The notes under the pieces were generated by a model that was not told the DNA's origin, did not search any database, and saw only the letters and a program-made list of their open reading frames with translations. Source: Octopus sinensis (Eukaryota). Taken from it: DNA of 64,000 nucleotides. Position 1 is the stretch's first letter, and each line of letters starts with the position of its first letter. The stretch is from positions 1 through 64,000 of the forward strand of contig NW_021833045.1 of assembly GCF_006345805.1 (NCBI RefSeq), given 5' to 3'. The translations under genes were made by a program, and so were the position numbers. Below, one piece after another: positions 54,080 through 64,000 of this stretch.

Positions 54080-54130
<51 letters not shown>

Positions 54131-54160
54131 GATAGATAGATAGATAGATCTATAGATAGA
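53810..54160. repeat. (GATA)n/(GACA)n microsatellite
   Basis: Direct inspection; abuts the LINE 3' end. Confidence 0.95.
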
Positions 54161-54516
54161 TGATTCTTTTTATTGGCCACACAGGGCTGCACAGATGGGG
54201 AAAATTACAAGGTAGAGCTTTTCTTTTGGGGGATGAAAAAAAACAAAAAAAACAAGAGAAACAAAAAAAAGAAAAGAAAAAGGAAAAAAGAAGAAAAAGG
54301 AGGAAAAAAGGGAAAGAGAAAAAAAACGATCAATAGGGATCGTGTATCACAGTGTCATGATGTACGGTGTAAAGGGGGGAAGCAGATGAGGTTTATCCGT
54401 GGGAAGAAAAGCCTACGAAAAAGACCACAGTAACCTCGGTCAATATTGTTATATGTTACCACATTTGTTTGCAAGTGGGTAATCCTCTGTTTTCAATTTC
54501 TGGGTTCATAGGACTA
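54161..54516 (-). mobile_element. Second, shorter 3' fragment of the same L1/Tx1-like LINE (3' UTR only)
   Basis: Colinear with 2986-3310 (e.g. GGCCACACAGGGCTGCACAGA, GTAGAGCTTTTCTTTT, AAAGGGGGAAGCAGAT, TAACCTCGGTCAAT); flanked by GATA/GACA repeats on both sides. Confidence 0.85.
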
Positions 54517-54554
54517 GATAGACAGACAGACAGATGGCTATGTACCTATCCGTT

Positions 54555-55872
54555 TGTATGTCTCTCTGTTTACTTTCATATCTATATGCCTACACACATG
54601 TGCAGATACATATACACATACACACACACACATACATACACACACACATCTATCTACATAACAGCCCACTAACTATTCTACCTGTATATAAATATAAACT
54701 GTGGGGTGTGATTATCTACTACGTAAATTTCCAATTTAGTACTGGGGATGTTTCATTTATGAGGACGTACTCCTGTATTTGTCTGAGTGTTGGATCCTTT
54801 GGGTGCTTGGATAAAATGCAGATATCAAGTTGACCCAGGTTGCCTCCATGTTGGAGAGCATCCAGTAAGTAGCTAACTCCATCTGCCAAAGTATAGCTTC
54901 GAAATATGTTCTTCACAACATGAAAATAAACATACTTAAAGCAGACTTAGGATAATGAACAACGTGTCCCCACTATGCAAACCCTATGAAACGAAGAAAC
55001 ATGTACAGAACTTCATGCACCGCATGCAATTCTCTGGATGTGATCAGAAAGATAAGGTTCGAGTATACAGGGGTGCTAGAAAGAAGTTAGATAACATTAT
55101 ATGTAATGATACCAGTGGTACCTACCTTAGATATAGAAGCAAAGGCTGGAATAGAATACAAAGAGCTTGTGACAAAGCAAACACAGTGAACACGTGGTAT
55201 AAAACTGACAAATATCAAGGAGTGATGTTTGTAGAGGCCATAACCCATGGAGAACTAACCCGTAGATTTAGGAAAGCTCTGAAGGAGACCAAAACTCAAC
55301 ATTAAGATTGTTGAAAAGCCAGGGAACTCCATCAGATCACAACTATGTAGGACGTACCCCTTTGAGACCATTTCACCAATGATAACTGCATGGTATGTAG
55401 GATTATCCCTGGTATTAACTGTAGAACTAGAAATGTAGTCTACAGCATAACATGCATAGAAGTTTCTTGTAAAGACATGAACATGATGTACATAGGGAAG
55501 ATATCTAGGAGCATTGCGGAAAGACTAAATGAACATTTGAAACAATATGACGACTAAAAAACAGTCTTTTATACTCTACTAACATGCCAAGGACCAACAT
55601 TGAGGCAACCTGGGTCAACTTGACATCCGCATTTTATCCAAGCACCCAAAGGACCAAGCACTCAGACAAATAGAGGAGTACGTCCTCATAAATGAAACAT
55701 CCCCAGTACTAAATAGAAAATATACGTAGTAGTTAATCACACACCTATACCCACAGTTTATATTTATATACAGGTAGAATAGTTAGTGGGCTTTTATGTA
55801 GATAGATGTGTGTGTGTGTATGCACATGTATGTAGGCATATGGATATGAAATTAAACAGATAGACATACAGA
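54555..55872 (+). mobile_element. Penelope-like element, 5'-truncated, with inverted copy of its 3' end
   Basis: Plus-strand frames from about 54855 give an RT-thumb-like segment (SIASKYVLHN...RLRIMNNVSP), then KIVEKPGNSIRSQL, C-rich linker CMVC...CRTRNVVYSITC and GIY-YIG-like MYIGKISRSIAERLNEH...LRQIEEYVLINETSPVLN. 54555-54853 is an inverted copy of 55594-55872. Confidence 0.85.
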
Positions 55873-56589
55873 CTGATACATACACAGGTTATATGAACAG
55901 AAAAGCACACATACACACACATACACAAATGAAGACTGAAACACATGACAATATACACACACACTCCACTTCACACAAGAACACATATGGAGACCCACGT
56001 CCACACATATGGAGATACATATCCATACACATACATAGTCACAAAAACCCATACACACACTCACACAGACACACTCAGACCTGCATATACAAGGAGACAG
56101 AGGTACACACATATACACATGCAAACATACACACACACATGCAAACAAACACTCACATAAAAACACACAAACACGCAAACATGAATATGCAGAATAAATA
56201 CATACAAACGTACACACAAACATATATACATATGCAGACACACATACATACATACACACAATTGCATGCATACATATATACATACAAATATGTGTCTGCG
56301 CGCACACACTGAACCACACACATGCGTACAAACAAACAAAAAGGAACGCAGTGTGAGTAACGGACAGAGTCAACAACTATGGAAAAGGTTGCAAGACACA
56401 ACGAAAATTTTAGAAAAATAAATAAGTAAATGAGTGGAAATTTTACCGGTGAGCGTGTTAAGTTATAAGGCACTAAAACAGAACGACCCTCCCCAGACGC
56501 AACAGAATATGCTTCAAAATTATGCTCACATAAAGAATCTTGCAAACCAAGTCCAAAAACGAAATACATATATATATATATATATATAT

Positions 56590-57125
56590 TGTATTTTGAA
56601 ATAATAGCATAAAATTCAATATCAAACAAAATTTCTCACGAAGATATATATATCTAACATAGTATTGTATTAAAAATATATGCAACTTGACACCTTAAAC
56701 ATTTTATTATTGCATCTTACGATCGTTTCATTATAATGGAATCCATTGTTGATACACATTGATAGACAATACTTCCGCTCGTCAGAGATGGAGAAGATAA
56801 AGTGTTTATAATACATCGAATGTTGTTTTAAAAATAGAAAAATATATGAGAAAGTCTTTTTGAAAATAGATTAAAATTTACTGGATTATGCAGGTCGACT
56901 TTGGTAATAAAATTTAAAGTTTGTATTTATATCCTTGGTAAGTTCATTTCAGTAATCCATGACTGGTTTTGATTTATGTAGATAGACTTTGGTAGGAAAA
57001 TTTCGAGTTTTTATATATATATATCCTTGTTAAATTCATCTTGTTGATAACTTTAAATGTTATTACTAAAGTCGACCTGCATAAGTCTAAACTAGTTAAT
57101 TTTAATCTATTTTCAAAAATACTTT
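56590..57125 (+). repeat. ~400-bp unclassified repeat, copy 2, with a partial inverted arm
   Basis: Matches 25885-26300; about 57050-57120 is the reverse complement of the ATAGATTAAAAT...TATGCAGGTCGACTTT segment. Confidence 0.8.
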
Positions 57126-58286
57126 CAGTATAAGATTTGTTTCAGTTACGCATAACCCGTAGACTTTTGTAGTATATTTGTATGGCTTACATTTTTCAAA
57201 GATGTTCCTCTTAAAGTTAAATGAATGCAGTATGTAGTGATTATGGTATTGAGCCGAAACGTATTGAGTGATCTTTCAATTTTACAATTTTGCCTTTCCT
57301 AAGACTAATGAACACCATCTTTCTTTAACTAAAATGGTTGGACTTTAACTCTCTTCGGTTCCAGCGGCCTTAGACGGGTCATGTTGTTTTGTCCCGTAGG
57401 GTGTCCAAAACTCATCCTCCTCACCAAGGAAGCTTAGTAGGGTTTCCGATTTAGTCTCTGACAATTTGGAAATGCTGCAGGTAGTATTGGGTTACCTGTT
57501 ACCGTAGAGTAGACCAAGAGTTACAGGTAACATGATGAACAACCTTAATGGAAATAAGATTGGGAGGACACCTGCCTAATAATTATTACTCGTAAATATA
57601 CAGCACGAAAAGTACCTCCTTTTTCTTTACAATCCCCTAAAATTTGTAATGCAAGAATTATACCTGCAGCCATTCACAAGAGAGGCACAAAACAATTATA
57701 TATATATAAGCCTTATAGAATGCATATGGCTTTCCTCGTTGAAGATTGCATAACGTTACATGAAAACCATTGAAATAGGCGTAAAACCCTTATTTTTAGT
57801 CGCGCTCCCGCGTACATGTGTGTGTGTGTGTGTGTACGTATGTGTGTGTGTATTGTCTGTGTACCTGTGTATTTCAATGTATACTTTGTGTGTGTAATCT
57901 TATATTTTAATCCATTATATATATATGTAATTGCTCACCCTAATACGGTAATACACTCTATATTAAGTATTAATCTCGGTGATTCTACGACAAAACTATG
58001 TATGAATACATAAACACATAGTATATCTGCATGCTTAATACACATACACACGCGCACACATAAAAAACATACACACGCATATATACACATAAACATTCAT
58101 TCATGCATACATATATACATACATATATATGTATATATTATACAATATATTATATTATATACACTTTAAGCTTTCCTATACATAAGTAGACTAAAATATA
58201 AGCATGTGTTTATACATATATATATGCATGTATGTATATGTATATATGCGTGCATGTATGTATATATATATGTGCGTGTGTGTGTG

Positions 58287-58332
<46 letters not shown>

Positions 58333-58336
58333 ACAC

Positions 58337-58407
<71 letters not shown>

Positions 58408-59357
58408 TTATATACATATACATATACACACACATGTGTGTGTGTGTATGTGTAAAAGTAGATATTCTTATATTTACACCAACGTTTACATCCGTCTATG
58501 TGTAGATATATAAACACATAAACACAAGGTGAGCCATCTTCTATTTCCACAATAGCCATTTTACGCTTTCCACCAACTCCCAGAATTTCGGAGGAGGTCC
58601 AGGGACTATTAATGTAATTTTTTTATCCCCTTGTTTTTCTCGTCATTCTGGATGTATTGTTTGTGACAAGATTTCTCTTTCCATTTATAAACGTTTTATG
58701 TTGTTTTCTCATATTTCTGCTTGTTTTTTCGTCGGTTTTTCTTGCGGTTTTCTTTTGGTTCCTAAATCCTTTTGATATTTTTCTCTTTCTCGCTTTCACT
58801 TTCTGGATTCGTGGCCTACCGCAAGTTTAGGTCACCTTGTCCTAACCATTCTTTCTAGTTTTTCTTGTCTTATTTCTCCATTCCATCGTCTACCTACTGC
58901 CTCTACCAACATCTGTTCTTTATCGTAATATGGCGGAATGAGTATTAATACGGAGAGCTAACGAGAAATTGGAGATTAACGATAAAAATAGGAGATTGCA
59001 TATTGAAAAGACACAGCTTAAGGTGTTGCTTTCCTAATGTTTATTGTAGTGCTTGTTCCAATACTTATTCTCGTTGATGTTGTTGTTGTTCTTCTTCTTC
59101 TTGTTGGTGGTGGCGATGGGGATGGGGAGAAAGGGGTAATATGTTAGCTCTGCCGAAGGTCTTATCGTTCAAACCATTTGATCATCTCTTTTTATAAAGT
59201 GGGTGCGTGTGTGTGTGTATGTGCATTCTGTCAGTGTCATTGTGCAAGGTGAGTGTAGGTGTGTGTTTATGTGTGTGTGTGTGCATGTGTGTGTGTGTGC
59301 ATATGTGTATTGTATGTATATATATACACACACACACACACACAGACATATATGTCT

Positions 59358-59441
<84 letters not shown>

Positions 59442-59974
59442 TATATATATAATTTTGTTCAACATAATTATATATATGTATCTATACACCTATATGTATG
59501 TATGTGTGTATGTATAAGCACGTATACATAATTACACTATTATGGGTGTTTGCATTTTCATGCTAGTTAATATAAAAACGATATAGACTGTGTGTATGTG
59601 TGTGCGCATGCGCAAGTGTATGTTTTCGTGTACATATATAAGTATATACATGCATAAATATATACATATTTTTATAACTATGTGCGTATGTATAATTGTG
59701 TCTGTGTATGTGTGTTTGTATGTGTGTATGTGTCTTTATATTCTCCTTACACGAAGAAGCTGGAAAAGAACACACGCACACACGCAAAAACACACAAAGA
59801 TATATATATGTATGAATGTATGTATATGTGTATATATATGTAAGTATATGTATATGTGTGTGTATATATATTTATGCGTATATATATATATACATATATA
59901 ATATATATATATATATATACATACACATATATATATGTACATATATATATATATAATATATACATATATATATA

Positions 59975-60010
<36 letters not shown>

Positions 60011-60683
60011 AAATTTATATATACATACATGCATGTGCCGTGTGTATGCATTTGGGTGTGGGTGGGTACGAGCAGATTTTATGAGTGTTTGTTTTCCAAT
60101 GTGTTGCATAACGCAATGTATTGCGATAGCTACCTTCTACAGCATAGAAACAAATGTATCAGCGCCATCTTTCAAGGAATTCCAAAAGAAACTCAAACAT
60201 TAAAAGATTAATTATCAAAGCCGCATTAAATAGCAAAATATCATACAAAGATGAAAACACGGATAACACATCATGGGACTTAAGTCCACACTATTGATTC
60301 CTCAAAGGAACCCCGGATAAGTGGTCAACGTTTCAAATGCAACGTTATGGACATATCTTTTTATACATCATTATTGTCATAACTAATCTGGTAATTAACA
60401 GTCCATCCGAAAGATAAGATAACACAAGAAAGATATAGAAACTTCGAGGAATGTATAAATGTTGCATGCCCAAACAGAAAGGGTTAATAAGGGAATAATT
60501 TTTAAAGAATCCCCAACCCAAGCGCTAAAACTAGCCCTATGCTAGTCTCGATAATCACGTCTATATATATGCCTATAAAAATGTGTGCGTGCGTGTGCGT
60601 GCGTGCATGTGTGTGTCTGTGTCTGTGTGATATGAATATGCATTTATACATATGTATACACACAAATATTCATACATACAAAC

Positions 60684-60728
<45 letters not shown>

Positions 60729-60773
60729 ATACATATATATATACATATTTATATATGTGTGTGTATATATGTC

Positions 60774-60843
<70 letters not shown>

Positions 60844-61256
60844 AATAAATGGTACAACAAGGCACCTATATTTACTGGAAAATAGCAATCGTAATAATAC
60901 GACGCTATTGTATAGCTTTACTGCGTATATACTAGCAAAGACGCGTATGTGCAACAAACATGAAAAAAATTTGTCTTACCTCTAGGAAGAACATCCGAAA
61001 AATGTAAAACCTAGAATCGGATAATGCAGGACCGGTTTCAGACTCTTCAAATACGTTTGACAACGTAGATTTGATTTGTCTTCATCAGTTGCATATTCCT
61101 GGACAATATTTCAAATGTTGCCACATCTATGCCAGTGCACTCGTCTGAACGCCAAAACGTTAACAGAACGATAACAGTGAAGACGTTTCAATGAAAATAA
61201 TATATATACACATATATACATACATGCATGCATGCACACATACATACATACATACA

Positions 61257-61288
<32 letters not shown>

Positions 61289-61295
61289 CATATAT

Positions 61296-61690
61296 GGCGC
61301 AGGAGTGGCTGTGTGGTAAGTAGCTTGCTAACCAACCACATGGTTCCGGGTTCAGTCCCACCGCGTGGCACCTTGGGCAAGTGTCTGCTGCTATAGCCCC
61401 GGGCCGACCAATGCCTTGTGAGTGGATTTGGTAGACGGAAATTAAAAGAAGCCCGTCGTATATATGTATATATATATGTGTGTGTGCGTGTATGTTTGTG
61501 TGTCTAGCATTGCTTGACAACCGATGCTGGTGTGTTTACGTCCCCGTTACTTAGCGGTTCGGCAAAAGAGACCGATAGAATAAGTACTGGGCTTACAAAA
61601 GAATAAGTCCCGGGGTCGAGTTGCTCGATTAAAGGCGGTGCTCCAGCATGGCCGCAGTCAAATGACTGAAACAAGTAAAAGAGTAAAGAG
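61296..61690 (+). mobile_element. SINE family A, full length
   Basis: Colinear with the other family A copies. Confidence 0.9.
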
Positions 61691-62189
61691 TATATATACA
61701 GATAAGTGGTGGGAATCATCTCGTGACCGACTGAGACCAATTCTCTGACTCAGTAAATCTCTGAAACTGTTCCAAGGGTTCAAGAATTTTGTGTACGTGA
61801 ATTTGTTTTGAATGGATAAAGTATTACACAGCACTGAAATCCAGTGCAATCAGTTTCATACGAGCAGCGGCACAACAGATGTTGAAGCAACATGAAATCA
61901 ACTGCACTCCAAGTTTGTTTTGTTTCTACGAGTTTATCTTCTTTCAGAAGGAAGTTCTAACGAGAACAGGGGGTCCTTCAGTTCCAATGGTTCACGTGTA
62001 GTTAAATCAAAGTAGGGATCCTGACAGGTGCTATTACTCCGGTTAGAGTAGACGTAGGAACACTAGTGACTAAGAGACACTTCCACACTTCTCAAAACCC
62101 TGGAACTGCCATGCCAGGGCCCCACTATCGCATTCAGTTGAATGTCATACATACATTTCTTCATACATACATTCATAGATGCATGCATA

Positions 62190-62217
62190 TGTTGTTGTTA
62201 TTATTATTATTTTATTA

Positions 62218-62258
<41 letters not shown>

Positions 62259-62261
62259 TTG

Positions 62262-62320
<59 letters not shown>

Positions 62321-62493
62321 GTTATTATTATTATTATTGTTATTATTATTATTATTATTATTGTTATTATTATTGTTGTTGTTATTATTATTATTATTAT
62401 TGTTATTATTATTATTATTATTATTGTTATTATTATTATTATTGTTATTATTATTATTATTATTATCATCATCATCATTATTATTATTATTAT
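62190..62493. repeat. (TTA)n microsatellite
   Basis: Direct inspection; abuts the Dong-like 3' end. Confidence 0.95.
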
Positions 62494-62660
62494 TTATTGC
62501 CTTTGCACAGCTTCTAACGTTGGAGCTGTGCTACGGTCTCAGCTGTTCACTACTAGTGAACTAAGGTAACACCTCTTATTTTTCGAGCACCTTCTGGAGT
62601 ATTCGAGCGGTTCCAAGAAGTGCTGTTTTCTGCAAGTGTTCCACCCTTATTGCAGCCCCT
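62494..62660 (-). mobile_element. Short 3' copy of the same R4/Dong-like family
   Basis: Reverse complement reads GAAIRVEHLQKTALLGTARILQKVLEK* plus a 3' UTR matching 38870-39030; flanked by (TTA)n on both sides. Confidence 0.85.
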
Positions 62661-62714
62661 ATTTTTATTATTATTATTATTATTATGATTTATTACTTTA
62701 TTATTATTATTATT

Positions 62715-62890
62715 GACGCCGTACAGTATCCAATATTGTGAGGTTGTTGACTGAAGATATCTACCGGGGTTTTGCACTGTTTGTCAAGTCACAACGAGGA
62801 CCTCAGACAGACAGTACTTTACCCAATATGCGTACAATTCCACGTATTGCCAGTTTTTTCCAATACATCTAAGTTGTAGAATATCTCTAA
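62715..62890 (-). mobile_element. 3' tip of a second, divergent R4/Dong-like family
   Basis: Reverse complement reads LDVLEKLAIRGIVRILGKVLSV*, similar to the ...LGTARILRKVL* terminus, then a short UTR and (AAT)n. Confidence 0.5.
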
Positions 62891-62906
62891 GGTTTTCAGA
62901 TTTCAA

Positions 62907-63302
62907 GGCGGCGAGCTAGCAGAAACGTTAGCACGCCGAGGGAAATGCTTAGCTGTATTTCGTCTATCGTTACGTTCCGAGTTCAAATTCCGCCGAAGGC
63001 GACTTTGCCTCTCATCCTTTCAGGGTCGATAAATTAAGTACCAGTTACGCACTGGGGTCGATGTAATCGACTTAATCCATTTGTCTGTCCTTGTTTGTCC
63101 CCTCTATGTTTAACCCCTTGTGGTCAATAAAGAAATAGGCTTTTCGTCTGCTGTTACGTTCTGAGTTCAAAATCCGCCGAAGTCGACTTTGCCTCTCATC
63201 CTTTCTGGGTCGATAAATTAAGTACTAATAAAACATTGGGGTTGATTCAATCGACTAGTCTCTTCCCCCAAAATTTCAGGTCTTGTGCCTATAGTAGAAA
63301 CG
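62907..63302 (+). mobile_element. SINE family B concatemer
   Basis: Full unit with type-1 tail, restart at AAATAGGCTTTTCGTCTG, then a second unit with type-2 tail running into (ATT)n. Confidence 0.9.
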
Positions 63303-63324
63303 ATTATTACTATTATTATTATTA

Positions 63325-63361
<37 letters not shown>

Positions 63362-63914
63362 CATCATCATCATTACTGAGAGAGCAGTGCATGTCCTCCA
63401 GGTCAACTTTCCCTTCCGTCTTTTAGGGGTCGATAAAATAAGCACCAATATTGAAATGGGGTGGATTTAATCGGTTAGCCCTCTCCGTCCCCTAAAATTT
63501 CAAGCCTTATGCCTACAGTCGACAGGGTTATTGTTGTTGCTGGTATCACATTTTTAAAAAATTTTATATTTTCGATATTATTCATATTCAATTATTTACA
63601 TTTTTTCCAAATAATTTTTTTTTCCCCCAATTTTTAGATCTATTCATTCTTCATATTGTATTTATTCATATAAATCTTGACACAAATAAAATATATTTAT
63701 AATTTTATACGTATTTTTATTTACTTTTTTTATTCTTCACATCTGTCATAGCTTCTACGGACCAGCACGCCTGTCATGCCACTATTCGACTAAATGTCGC
63801 ATCTCACATTAATCGATTCTTCAAACTTTCGCCTAATTTCCAAAAGGTCGAAACCGTTTTTTATGCTCGTGACCTGCATCTATTTTCACTAACCCGATTA
63901 AAGAACCCTCCCGC

Positions 63915-63961
<47 letters not shown>

Positions 63962-64000
63962 TCAATTGTAATTATGATTAGTAACGCCATGCATCAATTA

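Noticed and set aside
61025-61060. Possible hammerhead remnant TTGAAGAGTCTGAAACCGGTC on the minus strand
   Set aside because: The core is mutated and stem II is absent; single occurrence.

Overview
AT-rich, microsatellite-saturated eukaryotic DNA made almost entirely of repeats. The SINE families and SSR density suggest an octopus/cephalopod genome (inference from recalled repeat sequences, not a database search). Nearly all ORFs in the track are translated microsatellites. Supportable features are decayed mobile elements: two L1/Tx1-like LINE 3' fragments beside (GATA)n, R4/Dong-like fragments inside (TAA)n, an RTE 3' fragment, a 5'-inverted Penelope-like element, a DD37D maT remnant, two mariner remnants, MITEs, two abundant tRNA-derived SINE families and three minimal hammerhead-ribozyme motifs. 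The most notable item is a 1,748-bp ORF1-only (CCHC zinc-knuckle) retroelement at 17458-19205, bounded by an exact 16-bp target-site duplication. Its 3' tail resembles both the Tx1-like LINE tail and one SINE tail, suggesting a LINE / half-LINE / SINE system sharing one 3' recognition signal. A possible minus-strand host-gene 5' end lies at about 51-53.4 kb; no host protein could be identified.
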